Positions 1 to 10,864 are shown, counted from the first letter of the stretch. The stretch: DNA of 39,569 bases from Opitutia bacterium (GCA_050506795.1 JBJHCF010000046.1:1-39569), one strand, 5' to 3'. Numbers and translations: made by a program. The notes: generated by a model not told the origin, from the sequence alone.

Positions 1-78
1 GTAACCCGCTATCTTAGTCCGAATGGCACCCGGTTAAGGCCGGTGATCGAAGGAACACAGCCAAATCACATCGGCTAG
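1..78 (+). CDS. Probable 3' end of a CDS truncated by the window edge (…VTRYLSPNGTRLRPVIEGTQPNHIG*)
   Basis: Frame 1 is open from base 1 to TAG at 76-78, is convergent with the UDG gene and is followed by REP-like palindromes; no family can be assigned. Confidence 0.35.
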   Translation, partial: VTRYLSPNGTRLRPVIEGTQPNHIG

Positions 79-104
79 GCCATCCTCCCGCATGGCCGCC
101 GGTC

Positions 105-156
105 TGGGCGCGCGGGCATCCTGCCCGCACCGGCGGCGCGGGAGCGCCGCCCTCCA
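105..156. repeat. Pair of REP-like palindromes (BIME-like)
   Basis: GCGGGCATCCTGCCCGC hairpin (112-128) recurs in variant form at ~36399 and ~36835; GGCGGCGC-GGGA-GCGCCGCC (132-151) is followed by CTCC, i.e. a GGAG leader on the minus strand. Confidence 0.55.
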
Positions 157-243
157 GGAAATAATCCCGTCGATTCCGTGTCTTCCTAGTATTGGCTCCG
201 CCATCCCCGCTACGTCCGTGGCTCAACCTTCCCTCGCCCCACC

Positions 244-1185
244 TCACCTTCCTCCCGCAAAATACCCCCGCTGTTTCTCCGAGATCCCGTAGCCGGCGCG
301 CTCCATTACCTGGAGCATGTCTTCCCAGACCGTGCGCTTGACCCGGTTCGAGGCGTATCGAAGCACATAGGACGGGTGGTAGGTCATCATCAAGGGGATC
401 CCGGCGAACTCGCTCCAGGTGCCGCGCACCTTGCCGATGCGCCGGTTCGGATCCGGACCCAACAGACCGGTGATGGCGGTGCCGCCGAGCGCAATCAGGA
501 TCTTCGGACGCACGATTTCGATTTGCGCACGCAGGTACGGCAGACAAAACGCCATTTCCTCCACCGTCGGCGGACGGTTCCCCGACATGGTGGCCGTTTC
601 CGGACGCCAATTCATAATATTGCCGATATAGACCTGTTCGCGGCTCAATCCCATGGCCCCGATGATCCGCGTGAGCAACTCTCCCGCCGGCCCCACAAAC
701 GGTTCGCCCTTTTTCTCCTCCTCCGCCCCGGGGGCTTCGCCTACAAAAAACAAATCCGCGGCGACATTGCCGACCCCGAACACAACCCGGCAGCCCGGCC
801 GCACGTGGGCGTTACACACCGGGCAGTTCGTGACCTGATCGCGCAAGGCCGCCCAGCGCGTCGTCTTATCCCCCTCCGGCAACTTGACTACCGGCGGTTC
901 GGCGGGGAGTGGAGCGATGCCTTCGGGAAGTTTGGTCGCCGGCGCCTTTTTCTTCGTCGGAGCACGCGGTTTTTCCGCCGGCAAATCGGGCAGCTTCTCC
1001 GGCGCCGCCCGCGTCGCCGGCGCCACTCCGGACCCCGTCTTCTCCGGTTGGGACGCCAAATGCCCGCCCGCAACCAAAGCTTCCCGCAACCGTCGCACAC
1101 TCTCCGCCGAAACCGACGCCATGCGCGCCCCGCCACTCTTTAAGCGCTTCAGTTCATCAATAACCGCCTCAAGTTCCCGCCGCAT
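244..1185 (-). CDS. Uracil-DNA glycosylase, family 4, with low-complexity N-terminal extension
   Basis: CPVC, FVGEAPG, PFVGPAG, NRPP and TYHPS motifs. Confidence 0.9.
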   Translation of the reverse strand: MRRELEAVIDELKRLKSGGARMASVSAESVRRLREALVAGGHLASQPEKTGSGVAPATRAAPEKLPDLPAEKPRAPTKKKAPATKLPEGIAPLPAEPPVVKLPEGDKTTRWAALRDQVTNCPVCNAHVRPGCRVVFGVGNVAADLFFVGEAPGAEEEKKGEPFVGPAGELLTRIIGAMGLSREQVYIGNIMNWRPETATMSGNRPPTVEEMAFCLPYLRAQIEIVRPKILIALGGTAITGLLGPDPNRRIGKVRGTWSEFAGIPLMMTYHPSYVLRYASNRVKRTVWEDMLQVMERAGYGISEKQRGYFAGGR

Positions 1186-1277
1186 CCCCCCACCTTATCC
1201 CGAACTCCGCCACCCCACGCCAGCAAAAACGGTAACCCGTTATCGGTGGTCGGTTCCCCGCAGACTATCTTCCTCGC

Positions 1278-1715
1278 CTACCCCTCCGGCTGATCGATCA
1301 ACTGGATACGGCGAGCATGACGGCCCCCTTCGAACGGTGTTTCCAACCAGACATCGACGATCCTGAGCGCGGTTTCGGCGTCGATCACCCGTTCGCCCAG
1401 GGAAAGAACGTTACCGTCGTTGTGTTGACGGTTGAGGCGGGCGACCTCCTCATTCCAGCAAAGCCCGCAACGAACGCCGGAAACCCGATTGGCCACGATG
1501 GCCTCCCCGTTACCGGAACCGCCCAGGACGATGCCACGATCGTATTCTCCGCGGGCCACCGCTTCGGCCACGGGGCGAATAAACACCGGATAATCCGAGG
1601 ACTCGGGCGAAAACGCGCCGAAGTCCCGCACTTCAATACCCTTGTCGGCAAGGTGCTTCCGTATCATCTCCTTGTAGTTGAATCCAGCGTGGTCGGAACC
1701 GATGGCGATTTTCAT
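1278..1715 (-). CDS. rpiB: Ribose-5-phosphate isomerase B
   Basis: IAIGSDHAG, DYP, GGSGNG, RQHNDGN, FEGGRHARR. Confidence 0.95.
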   Translation of the reverse strand: MKIAIGSDHAGFNYKEMIRKHLADKGIEVRDFGAFSPESSDYPVFIRPVAEAVARGEYDRGIVLGGSGNGEAIVANRVSGVRCGLCWNEEVARLNRQHNDGNVLSLGERVIDAETALRIVDVWLETPFEGGRHARRIQLIDQPEG

Positions 1716-1786
1716 AAAAATCCACCCATTACAGAGGAATCCTCCGCCGGGCCAAGAAAATTTCCGCTCCTATGCCGTTTCCCGGT

Positions 1787-2647
1787 TCAATCGATAAAAC
1801 GCCTGCCGATATCGTCGTAGGTGTCGATTCGACGGTCGCGGAAGAAGGGCCAATTGCGACGAATTTCCTCGATGCGGTCGAGATCGCACTCCACCAGGAG
1901 CACCTCTTCCCGGTCGGCGGGAGCTCTTGCCATGATTTCACCGAACGGGTTGGCCACGAACGACCCGCCCCAGAAATCCAGCGCATCCTCCCGTCCCGTT
2001 CGATTAACCGCCGCCACGTAACAACCGTTGGCCACGGCGTGTCCCCGTTGAACCGTCTCCCAGGCGCAGTGCTGGGCGTCGCCCTCGGTCTCCCGCTCCT
2101 CGTCCATCCAGCCGATCGCCGTGGGATAGAACAGGATCTGCGCCCCGGAGAGCGCGGTCAGTCGCGCCGCCTCCGGATACCACTGATCCCAGCAGACCAG
2201 CACCCCGATTCTGCCAAAACGGGTATCCCAGGACCGGTAGCCCAAATCGCCCGGCGTGAAATAGAACTTCTCATGGTAGTTGGGATCGTCCGGGATATGG
2301 GTCTTGCGGTACTTGCCCAGGTAGGTTCCGTCGGCATCGATCACCACCGCGGTGTTGTGGTAGATCCCCGGAGCGCGTCTTTCGAACAACGAACCGATCA
2401 CCACACAACCGTGCTCGGACGCCGCCCGGGAAAGTCTCTCGGTGGTCGGTCCCGGAACCGGTTCCGCCAGCGAAAACCGCTCCGACTCCTCGACCTGGCA
2501 AAAGTAGGGCGTCAGGAACAACTCCTGGAGACAAACGATGTTCGCACCCCGTGACGCGGCTTCGCCGATGGCGGCAAGAGCGCGCTCGAGGTTCTCTTCC
2601 TGGTCCGCGCCGCAGCGGGACTGGATTAGGCCGATAACGACTTTCAT
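1787..2647 (-). CDS. Carbon-nitrogen hydrolase, N-carbamoylputrescine amidase-like
   Basis: Nitrilase E-K-C triad: LQELF, YRKTHIP, VCWDQWYPE; HEKFYF and AIGW motifs. Confidence 0.88.
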   Translation of the reverse strand: MKVVIGLIQSRCGADQEENLERALAAIGEAASRGANIVCLQELFLTPYFCQVEESERFSLAEPVPGPTTERLSRAASEHGCVVIGSLFERRAPGIYHNTAVVIDADGTYLGKYRKTHIPDDPNYHEKFYFTPGDLGYRSWDTRFGRIGVLVCWDQWYPEAARLTALSGAQILFYPTAIGWMDEERETEGDAQHCAWETVQRGHAVANGCYVAAVNRTGREDALDFWGGSFVANPFGEIMARAPADREEVLLVECDLDRIEEIRRNWPFFRDRRIDTYDDIGRRFID

Positions 2648-2702
2648 AACCGTTTATCCTAGGAGAACGCCGGACGCCGGCCAGCGAAAACGCCCCGCCG
2701 GA

Positions 2703-3590
2703 TCAACGCACCACTTTGTTCAGCGGATACTCGATGATATCCTCGGCGCCCGAAGCTTTCAGCAACGGAATGATTTCGCGCACCACCGATTCGTCCACGA
2801 TGGTCTCGATCGCCACCCACCCATCGGCACTGAGAGGCGAAACGGTTGGATTGCGCAGCGAGGGCAACGCCGCCAGGAGTCGCTCCAGGCCTTCCTTCCG
2901 GGCGTTGAGCTTGATCCCGACCTTGGACTCGGCTTCCAGGGCCGCCTTCAGCAACAGCGCGATGTTCTCGATCTTGCGCCGCTTCTCCGGATCTTCCCAG
3001 CTCTGGCGATTGGCGATGAATTTGGTGTTGGTCTTGAGCAGCGTTTCCACCACCCGCAGCTTGTTTGCCCGCAGCGAACTCCCGGTTTCGGTGAGTTCAA
3101 CGATGGCGTCGACCAAGTCCGGGACTTTGACCTCAGTGGCGCCCCACGAGAATTCCACTTCGGCCTCCACTCCATGCTCCTGAAGGAATCTGCGGGTGAG
3201 GTTGACCACCTCGGTGGCGATCCGCTTGCCCTCAAGGTCCTGCACGGAACGCACCGGAGAATCCTCCGGCACCGCCAACACCCAGTAGGCGGGACGGAGC
3301 GAGGCGCGGTTGTAGAGCAGGTCGCAAACCTCGATCACGTCGGAATCGTTTTCCAGGACCCAGTCATGGCCGGTAAGCCCGCAATCGAAATAACCGTGCT
3401 CAACGTACCGGCTGATTTCCTGTCCGCGAACGAAGCGACCGTCAAGCTGGTCGTCGTCAATGGAAGGACGGTAGGAGCGGGAACTCTTTCCGATGCGGAA
3501 TCCGGCTTTGCCGAAAAGCCGGAGAGTCGCCTCCTCCAGGCTTCCCTTGGGAAGACCGATCATCAGGACTTTGGAAGGTGAAATTGACAC
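2703..3590 (-). CDS. hisG: ATP phosphoribosyltransferase, long form (start uncertain: GTG 3590 or ATG 3563)
   Basis: [25 protein letters not shown]-terminal ACT-like domain (PTVSPL…[12 protein letters not shown]). Confidence 0.93.
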   Translation of the reverse strand: MSISPSKVLMIGLPKGSLEEATLRLFGKAGFRIGKSSRSYRPSIDDDQLDGRFVRGQEISRYVEHGYFDCGLTGHDWVLENDSDVIEVCDLLYNRASLRPAYWVLAVPEDSPVRSVQDLEGKRIATEVVNLTRRFLQEHGVEAEVEFSWGATEVKVPDLVDAIVELTETGSSLRANKLRVVETLLKTNTKFIANRQSWEDPEKRRKIENIALLLKAALEAESKVGIKLNARKEGLERLLAALPSLRNPTVSPLSADGWVAIETIVDESVVREIIPLLKASGAEDIIEYPLNKVVR

Positions 3591-3638
3591 CCTTTCACCA
3601 AGTGGCGCAATCGACGGCGCCTTCAAGTTTATTTTTTT

Positions 3639-3667
3639 TTGACATATGCTCGCGGTTTCACTATCTC
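3639..3667 (+). promoter_or_regulatory. Candidate sigma70 promoter for the response regulator
   Basis: TTGACA (3639-3644), 17-bp spacer, TATCTC (3662-3667), with a T-tract upstream. Confidence 0.5.
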
Positions 3668-3685
3668 AAATCGTCAACACCAACC

Positions 3686-3758
3686 ACTTCGGGCCGTTTT
3701 CCCGGAGGCTCTCGATCTGAGTTTCCGGAAAATCAGGTTAACGATTAACCCCCGAAGT
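3686..3758 (+). other. Structured 5' leader (three-way junction) upstream of the response regulator
   Basis: ACTTCGGG/CCCGAAGT closes two hairpins: TTTTCCCGGAGGCTC/GAGTTTCCGGAAAA and GGTTAA-CGA-TTAACC. Confidence 0.45.
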
Positions 3759-3784
3759 ACCGACCAAGCCACCCACGTCAAGTC

Positions 3785-4570
3785 ATGAGTCGCGAAGCAA
3801 AACCACTTGTTGTCATAGTCGAAGACGAAGTCGACCTAGCCAAACTCATCGCTCTCAACCTTGAGGAGTCGGGAATGATGACCATGACCTACCACAGCGG
3901 TGCTCCGGCCACGCGATTTCTCAAAAAGAACTTCGCCAACCTGCTGCTCCTTGACCTGGGACTGCCCGACCAGGACGGCTTCGCTTTGTTGGAGAGTTTG
4001 AAGAAGAGTAATATCGAGATCCCCACGATCTTTGTCACCGGCAGCCATTCCGAGGTGAACATAATCAAGGGACTGGAAAGCGGCGGTGACGACTACATCA
4101 CGAAACCGTTCAGTTTCCCCGAGCTTATCGCCCGGATCAACGCGGTCCTCCGCCGCACCGAAACGCTCAAGGACCAGAAGGTAACCAAAAACGCCAGCCT
4201 GAGCGAAAACCCATTCCCTTTCTGTGGTGCCACCATCAACCCGCAACGCCTGGAAATAGAATACCCGAACGGCGAGATGAAAAGCCTGGGGCGGAAGGAA
4301 CTGGGGATCCTTCAATTCCTTTTTTCCAATCAGAGCGTGGTCCTTTCCCGCAAGAGCCTGATTCACTCGGTTTGGGGCATACACGCCGATGTCCGCAGCC
4401 GGTCGTTGGACCAGTATATCGTGAAAATTCGTGACGCTCTGACCAAAAACGGCTGCGACCTGTCCCCCTTCCGCACCATCCACGGCGTCGGGTATATCTA
4501 CGATCCCGAGGACAAAAGCGACGAGGGTAAGGCTGAAAAGCGCGCCCCTGCCGCAAGGCGCGGCGCCTGA
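3785..4570 (+). CDS. OmpR/PhoB-family response regulator (orphan)
   Basis: VEDE, LLLDLGLPDQDG, GGDDYITKPF, winged-helix RTIHGVGY. Confidence 0.93.
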   Translation: MSREAKPLVVIVEDEVDLAKLIALNLEESGMMTMTYHSGAPATRFLKKNFANLLLLDLGLPDQDGFALLESLKKSNIEIPTIFVTGSHSEVNIIKGLESGGDDYITKPFSFPELIARINAVLRRTETLKDQKVTKNASLSENPFPFCGATINPQRLEIEYPNGEMKSLGRKELGILQFLFSNQSVVLSRKSLIHSVWGIHADVRSRSLDQYIVKIRDALTKNGCDLSPFRTIHGVGYIYDPEDKSDEGKAEKRAPAARRGA

Positions 4571-4598
4571 GCCCGCCCTGCAAAAACCGCCGGGAGCG

Positions 4599-6017
4599 TT
4601 AACCGGCGGCCGGAACGGGGTCTATCGATTGTAGAAAACGATCGATGCGCGCCAACACCCGGGGCTTGCCCAGTACACAGAGCATCCCGTAAAAGGACGG
4701 CCCGACGTTGGTTCCGGAAACCGCTAGCCGGGTCGGATGAATGTAATCCCCGGCGCCGCAGCCCGTGGCCTCGGTAAGAGTCTTCACCCGCTCCTCCAGT
4801 TTCTCCTCGGTGAAAGCGGGAACCTCTTCCAGGGCGGCGCGAGCTTCCCGCAAGCGGGCCACCGGGTCGCCCTTCTTCAAAACCTTTTCGCTCGCTTTGG
4901 TATCCACCGGGTAGTCCTCGGTGAAAAAATAGGCCACGAAACGCGGCAGATCCTCGATCGACCGGACCTTTTCCTGGCAGAGCTTCATGACCCCCTCGAA
5001 ATACCGGCGATCCCCCTGGGTCCACTGCGAGACCTCGACGCCCTCGTGTTTCAGCGCCTCCGCCTTCACCAGGTAGTCCCAGGCTTCGCGACAAAAACGC
5101 TCCCGCGGCATCTCACGCAGGTAGGCCGCATTCATGAACGACAGCTTTTTCTCGTCGAAACGGGCATTGTTGCTGTTGATGCCCGAAAGGTCGAAAAGCT
5201 CGATGATCTCCTCAAGGTCCATCTTCTCGCGATCATCCTTGGGCGACCACCCCAGGAGACACAGGTAATTGCGCACCGCCTCCGGCACGAAGCGCCGCCG
5301 CTGGTATTCCTCCACCAGGGATCCGGAGTCGCGCTTGCTCATTTTGCCGGATCCGTTGCTCTTGAGAATGAGCGGGATGTGGGCGAACACCGGAGGCTCG
5401 GCGCCCAGGGCCTGGAACAACTCACAGTGCTTGCTGGTGTTGGACAGGTGGTCCTCTCCGCGAATCACATGGGTGATCCCCATGGTGAGATCGTCGACCA
5501 CATTGACGAAATGGAATCCGGGTTGGCCATTTCGCCGGAAGAGGACAAAGTCACGGTCTTCCGCCCGCTCCACTCGTCCGCGGACCCGATCCTCGATAAC
5601 CTGCGGCGCGGCCCGGACTTTTTCCACCTCGCATTTCTTGTAGGAATCGAACTCCACGTACCGCTCTCCCTCGAGCCGGAAATACACGGCGCCGTCCTTC
5701 TCGTACACCCGGTTGTTGTCCTTTAACTTCCCCAGGTAATCGAGATAGATGGAAGAACGCTCACTCTGAAAATACGGCCCGTGTTCTCCACCCACTTCCG
5801 GACCTTCGTCCCAGTCCAATCCCAGCCAGCGCAATCCCTCCAAAATCACGCGAAGAGCCTCTTTGGTATTGCGCTCACGATCGGTGTCCTCGATGCGCAG
5901 GATGAATTTTCCTCCGGTGTGACGCGCGTACAACCAGTTGAACAGGGCGGTGCGGGCGCCGCCGATGTGAAAAAACCCGGTGGGACTGGGTGCGAAACGT
6001 ACTCTGACCTCACTCAT
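4599..6017 (-). CDS. gltX: Glutamate--tRNA ligase
   Basis: [32 protein letters not shown]; start taken at MSEVRVRF. Confidence 0.95.
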   Translation of the reverse strand: MSEVRVRFAPSPTGFFHIGGARTALFNWLYARHTGGKFILRIEDTDRERNTKEALRVILEGLRWLGLDWDEGPEVGGEHGPYFQSERSSIYLDYLGKLKDNNRVYEKDGAVYFRLEGERYVEFDSYKKCEVEKVRAAPQVIEDRVRGRVERAEDRDFVLFRRNGQPGFHFVNVVDDLTMGITHVIRGEDHLSNTSKHCELFQALGAEPPVFAHIPLILKSNGSGKMSKRDSGSLVEEYQRRRFVPEAVRNYLCLLGWSPKDDREKMDLEEIIELFDLSGINSNNARFDEKKLSFMNAAYLREMPRERFCREAWDYLVKAEALKHEGVEVSQWTQGDRRYFEGVMKLCQEKVRSIEDLPRFVAYFFTEDYPVDTKASEKVLKKGDPVARLREARAALEEVPAFTEEKLEERVKTLTEATGCGAGDYIHPTRLAVSGTNVGPSFYGMLCVLGKPRVLARIDRFLQSIDPVPAAG

Positions 6018-6130
6018 ACGTGCAAACCCGTAATCTGCGCCTGATTGAGGCCTCATGGCAAATGGAAAAAACAGATCACCGGGCGCCCGAAATTGCCTTT
6101 CCCCGGGTTACGCACGAGAGTAGGCCGATC

Positions 6131-6961
6131 ATGACCAGCGAGAACCAGGACCTTCCACCCGCGGAACCGGCATCAACGCCTGCAGCGGCCCCACTCGCGA
6201 CCGACTTTATGACGGGCGAAGCCCAACTCATCGATCCGGCGGAGTTGCCGGCATGGATTCTCCATGAGGATGCCGACCTGCTGGTGATGAACAAGCCGGG
6301 GGGAGCGGTGTGTCACCCCTCCAAGAACGGCCCATGGTCCAGTCTGGTCGGGGCCTGCCGCGAATACCTCGGGCTTCCGGTGGTTCACCTGGTACACCGG
6401 CTCGACCGCGAAACCAGCGGCCTCGTGGTGCTGGCCAAACACCGCAAAGCGGCTCGCGTGACCCAGATGGCCTTTCAGAACCGGCAGGTGGAAAAAACCT
6501 ACCTCGGCATTCTGCAGGGCGATCTGCCCGAACCCATACTGGTCGACCGCAAGCTGGCGCGCGATGTCGACAGTCCGGTCTATGTGAAACAAACCGTTCG
6601 CGATTCCCGCTCGGCACAGGCGGCCCAAACCCGCTTCGAACCTCTGGCCCGCGCGAACGGATTCACCCTGGCCGCGATCACACCCCTTACCGGCCGCAAA
6701 CACCAGATTCGCGCCCACGCCGCCTGGCTCGGCGTTGCCCTGGCAGGCGACAAAATCTACGGGCCCGACGACCGCCTGTACCTGGAGTTTATCGAACGCG
6801 GGTGGACCGCTGAACTTGCTGCCCGCCTGCCCCTCCCTCGCCAGGCGCTGCACGCATGGAAATTACGATTTTCCGCCCCGGAATGCGAGGCGTCCTTCAC
6901 CGCACCCCTGCCCGCCGACCTGGCGGGGTTCTGCCGGGACCACGGTATCGATCCGCCGTAG
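6131..6961 (+). CDS. RluA-family RNA pseudouridine synthase
   Basis: NKPGG, HRLDRETSG, TGRKHQIRAH, GDKIYG, QALHA. Confidence 0.92.
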   Translation: MTSENQDLPPAEPASTPAAAPLATDFMTGEAQLIDPAELPAWILHEDADLLVMNKPGGAVCHPSKNGPWSSLVGACREYLGLPVVHLVHRLDRETSGLVVLAKHRKAARVTQMAFQNRQVEKTYLGILQGDLPEPILVDRKLARDVDSPVYVKQTVRDSRSAQAAQTRFEPLARANGFTLAAITPLTGRKHQIRAHAAWLGVALAGDKIYGPDDRLYLEFIERGWTAELAARLPLPRQALHAWKLRFSAPECEASFTAPLPADLAGFCRDHGIDPP

Positions 6962-6988
6962 GCGCGGAGCAATATTCTCGCTGGGGAA

Positions 6989-9502
6989 TCAGGTTTGCCC
7001 AAGCAAATCCGGCTCGTCACATCGGCTCGCCGTACAAATGGCCCGCCTGACGGTCTCCAGAACCACGCCCACCGTGTAGGGCTTCAGGAGGAAATAAGCC
7101 GTCCCGTTCGAGGCCTTCTCCGCCTGCAGACGGTTGTCCGGCAATCCGCTCACCGCGATTATGGGAATCTCGGGCGACAATTCGCGCAGACGGCGGATGG
7201 CCGTGGGGCCATCCATCACGGGCATGGACATGTCGATGATGATCAGATCGATTGCCGCCTCTTTGGCCTCGAAGCACGCCACCGCCTCCAAACCGTTGCA
7301 GGCGGTGGTCACGGAATACCCATAACGCTCGAGCAAACCCCGGGTCACGGTCAGGACCGACGGATCGTCGTCCACCAGCAGCACCCTTTGACCGTTTCCA
7401 CCGATGCGCGCCCGGCGTTCGACCAAACGTTCCGCAATCCGGCCACCCTCGATCGCCGGGATAAAAAAACGAAAGACCGACCCCAATCCCGCTTCACTTT
7501 CAACCTGCCAGAATCCGCCATGATCGCGCACGATCCCCACCGCCGTGGACAACCCCAGCCCGGTTCCCTTTCCGGGTTCTTTGGTGGTGAAAAAAGGATC
7601 GAACACCCGGTCGATATGCTCCCGGGAAATTCCTTCACCCGTGTCGGCGACCGCCAATTCGACGTAGGACCCGGGCCGCACACCTCCCTCGACCAGGGGA
7701 TCGCATTCCGCGACAACATGATTGCGAACGCTCAGACGCAACCTACCGCCCGCCGGCATGGCATCGCGGGCGTTGAGACATAGATTCATCAGGACCTGGT
7801 GCAACTGGGTGGCGTCCCCGCGCACCGGCAACAACGATTCGGCAAGCTCGGATTCGATGGAGATCGATACCGGAAACGTCTCGCGAATCATGGCAACATG
7901 CTCGTCCACAAGCCCTTCCAGCCGCATCTCCACACGCTCACCCCCGCTGCCTCGCGCGAACGAGAGAATCTGCTTCACCACGCCGATTCCCCTGCGGGTG
8001 CTGGCCTCCACCGTCTCCAGGATCTTGTGCGCATCGGGCTCCTGCGACATTTCCCGCAGCGTCTGCACCCCCATGAGCACCGGCACCAGAACGTTGTTCA
8101 GGTCATGGGCGATTCCGCCGGCCAGGGTGCCGATACTCTCCAGCCGTTGAGATCGCTGGAGTTGGCGGTCGACCCGGCGCTGTTCGGTGATATCGTGCAC
8201 AAAAGCCGCCGCTCCCAGAGGATTCCCTTCCGGATCGGCGATCGGCTGGGCGGACGCGGTCAGAATTCGAAATCCGCCCTGGCCGTCCGGCTTAAATAAT
8301 TCCTCGCCCCGTACCACCGAGCCCTGCAATGCGCGAAACAAGGGCAACTCCTCGGGTGGAAGGCGCCGGCGATTTCCGGGGTGACAGTAATTGAAGTAAT
8401 CCGCCCACTGCTCGCGGGGAACCGGAGCAAGAGACCAACCGTCAGCCGCCACCGAAGCCCGATTGTCGAGCACCAGCCGGCCGGAGGTATCACACGCCAC
8501 GATGTGGGCGCGGGCATTGCCCAGCACAACATTCAGCATTTCCCGTTCCTTGGTCAACGCGGCCGTGCGTTCACGCACCCGGGCCTCCATCTCATCCCGC
8601 GCCGCCACCAGTGCCTTCTGCACCCGGTTCAGGGGAGCGACGCAACTCCAGGTAAGCACGGACAGAAAGGCCATCACCAGGATTACCAGCAATGAGAACG
8701 CGACCTCCCCGGTCAACCAACCACGCGCTTCCCCCAGCCGCAGAGTGCCGCCCAGAAAAAGCGGCACCAGAATGGCGGCCGGCAGCAGGCGCCGCAGCAG
8801 AATACCTCCCACATTGTCGGCCACCAGCGGCGCCGCAAGACCGACCCGGGGCCGGAGAAAAAAAGCGCCACATCCCAACGCCAGGAAGGCGACCGAGGTG
8901 TTCAGAGCCATGGGAATGGTTTCGCCCCCGGACAGAAACGAACCGGTCCGGTAGGCATAACCCACCAACACCAGCACAGCCAGCCCGAGAACCCCAGCCG
9001 CGATGGCCTGGGCCACAGTGAAGGCCCTTCGCCCCGTTCCCAACGCGGTTATGGCCAGCGAAGCTCCACTGAGTACCAAAAGAAACGCGGTATTCGGCGC
9101 CATACGGCCGGGAAAGGTGCCGGACGTCTCTTCGAGTGCGGCACGAAACAACCAGCGATCGACCCCGATATCCCAACCCCCGAGGTACCTGGCCAAAACG
9201 GCCCCTCCGATCACCCCGGCCAGACCGGCGGAAACGGCGGCAGGGAAATTGCGAAACCAGCCCTGCTCGCCAGCGTCCTTTTCCGGCCGCCGAAGCCATA
9301 ACAACGCCGTCGCGCACAAAATCAACCCGACCGCAGTCGCGGGGTTCATGGCCGCCAAATCCGGAAAGACACGCTTCAGGCTTTCCAGTCCGGCCAGCCA
9401 TCCCGTCAGGGCGGTGGCGCCAATCAACGCGGCGGCCCAACCGCAACCCGTGATGCAAGGGTTGAGCACGGAAGAAATCGGTTGATCATCTTTCTTCGGC
9501 AT
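6989..9502 (-). CDS. Membrane hybrid sensor histidine kinase (multi-TM, PAS, HisKA, HATPase, REC)
   Basis: AGGIAHDLNN H-box, NLCLNARDAM, DPFFTTK, GTGLGL, C-terminal LLVDDD…DMSMPVMDG…KPY. Confidence 0.93.
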   Translation of the reverse strand: MPKKDDQPISSVLNPCITGCGWAAALIGATALTGWLAGLESLKRVFPDLAAMNPATAVGLILCATALLWLRRPEKDAGEQGWFRNFPAAVSAGLAGVIGGAVLARYLGGWDIGVDRWLFRAALEETSGTFPGRMAPNTAFLLVLSGASLAITALGTGRRAFTVAQAIAAGVLGLAVLVLVGYAYRTGSFLSGGETIPMALNTSVAFLALGCGAFFLRPRVGLAAPLVADNVGGILLRRLLPAAILVPLFLGGTLRLGEARGWLTGEVAFSLLVILVMAFLSVLTWSCVAPLNRVQKALVAARDEMEARVRERTAALTKEREMLNVVLGNARAHIVACDTSGRLVLDNRASVAADGWSLAPVPREQWADYFNYCHPGNRRRLPPEELPLFRALQGSVVRGEELFKPDGQGGFRILTASAQPIADPEGNPLGAAAFVHDITEQRRVDRQLQRSQRLESIGTLAGGIAHDLNNVLVPVLMGVQTLREMSQEPDAHKILETVEASTRRGIGVVKQILSFARGSGGERVEMRLEGLVDEHVAMIRETFPVSISIESELAESLLPVRGDATQLHQVLMNLCLNARDAMPAGGRLRLSVRNHVVAECDPLVEGGVRPGSYVELAVADTGEGISREHIDRVFDPFFTTKEPGKGTGLGLSTAVGIVRDHGGFWQVESEAGLGSVFRFFIPAIEGGRIAERLVERRARIGGNGQRVLLVDDDPSVLTVTRGLLERYGYSVTTACNGLEAVACFEAKEAAIDLIIIDMSMPVMDGPTAIRRLRELSPEIPIIAVSGLPDNRLQAEKASNGTAYFLLKPYTVGVVLETVRRAICTASRCDEPDLLGQT

Positions 9503-9601
9503 TCAGCTGTCGGATAAGCGAAGCGTTTTGTAAAAAACAAATAAATCCGACTAAGCGCGGCCGGGGTGGGAAAGTAAAGATTTATCTCGTTTGACCGACA
9601 C

Positions 9602-10402
9602 TCACTCCCGATTCATCGCTCGCAGCTGCGCCAGGCGAACCCGTTTCAGAATCACGGCCCCGAGAGTGGCCGCCAACGGCTTCGGAAGGTGCGGCGAAAG
9701 CGCGGTCAGAGCACGGTTCTTCCATCCGGGCACACAAAGCCTTTTCCCGCGTGCCAAAGCCTTAAGCGCCGCAATCACCACCTCCTCCGGCGTCTGCGAA
9801 AGGCCGGGTGACACCACCCGTTCCTTAAAGCCGGCGCGGAGAAAAAAGTCGGTGGCGGTCGGTCCGGGACAGAGGGCCAGCACCTGTACTCCAGTACCCT
9901 TCAGGTCGCGCTCCAAGGCCAGGCTCCAGTGCAGGACAAAAGCCTTGCCCGAGCCGTAGGTCGCCATGTACGGGGTCGGCTGAAAAGCCGCCGTGGAGGA
10001 CACATTCACCACCGCTCCTCCTCGCTCCCGCAACAACGGGAGAAAGCGTCCGGTCATTTCGACCAAAGCCCTCACATTGACGTCGATCATCTCCAACTGA
10101 TCCTCCAGCGCGTCCTCTGGAAACGGCCCGTACGAACCAAAGCCGCTGTTGTTGATCAAAAGGATTCGCCCTGGCGGAATCTCACGCACCACCTCCCGAA
10201 AAACCGACTTGATCGCTCCGCGCTCCCCCAAATGGCAGGGAAAATGCTTGCATACAATATCGTCCGCTTCGAAGCGCGGTTTGCTGCGGGAAAGATTGCA
10301 AAAGAAAATCGATCTGTTCAAACTGTGTAGCTGATGGACGAACGCTTTGCCGATTCCGGAGGAACCACCCGTGATTATCACGGTCGCAATTCGAGAAGCC
10401 AT
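9602..10402 (-). CDS. Short-chain dehydrogenase/reductase (start may be 10423)
   Basis: ITGGSSGIG, LINNSGFG, NVSS, YGSGK (YxxxK), CPGPT. Confidence 0.9.
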   Translation of the reverse strand: MASRIATVIITGGSSGIGKAFVHQLHSLNRSIFFCNLSRSKPRFEADDIVCKHFPCHLGERGAIKSVFREVVREIPPGRILLINNSGFGSYGPFPEDALEDQLEMIDVNVRALVEMTGRFLPLLRERGGAVVNVSSTAAFQPTPYMATYGSGKAFVLHWSLALERDLKGTGVQVLALCPGPTATDFFLRAGFKERVVSPGLSQTPEEVVIAALKALARGKRLCVPGWKNRALTALSPHLPKPLAATLGAVILKRVRLAQLRAMNRE

Positions 10403-10470
10403 GTACTGCAATTTGTTTCCCATAATTCATTTTACCCCGATGCAACCTAAACAAGAAAGGAAGAAAGAGG

Positions 10471-10839
10471 ATGAACGATAATGACCTGATCATCTCCGGT
10501 CGTCACATTGACCTGACGGACTCGCTCAAAACTTTTGTGCGTGAGAAGGTTGATAAACTATTTCGACATGAGGAACGGATTGTCCGAGTCCGAATGGAGC
10601 TGGATTGCGACAGCAATCACAACAAAGAAACTCCTTTCGTGGCCAAGGGCATAATCGAGATCAACGGCCCGGATATGGTGGTTAGCGAAGCAACGCACGA
10701 CCTGCACAAGTCGATCGACTGCGTGGTCGACAAACTCGACCGGATGATACGCCGGCGTGCACGGTTGAAAAAGGTCAAGAGGAACCACCCTCATTCCATC
10801 GAGATTCCCGCCGAACTGCCTAAAACCAGTCCGGCCTGA
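10471..10839 (+). CDS. hpf: Ribosome hibernation promoting factor / RaiA
   Basis: IISGRHIDLTDSLK…DLHKSIDCVVDKLDRMIRR, typical of the S30EA family. Confidence 0.9.
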   Translation: MNDNDLIISGRHIDLTDSLKTFVREKVDKLFRHEERIVRVRMELDCDSNHNKETPFVAKGIIEINGPDMVVSEATHDLHKSIDCVVDKLDRMIRRRARLKKVKRNHPHSIEIPAELPKTSPA

Positions 10840-10864
10840 GACTTTGATTGAACTCAATATCAAG

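Noticed and set aside
1..100. Possible structured ncRNA (ATGGC…GCCAT enclosing two hairpins)
   Set aside because: Frame 1 is open to a stop at 76-78 and reads as a CDS end; the stems are short in GC-rich DNA and no RNA family is recognised
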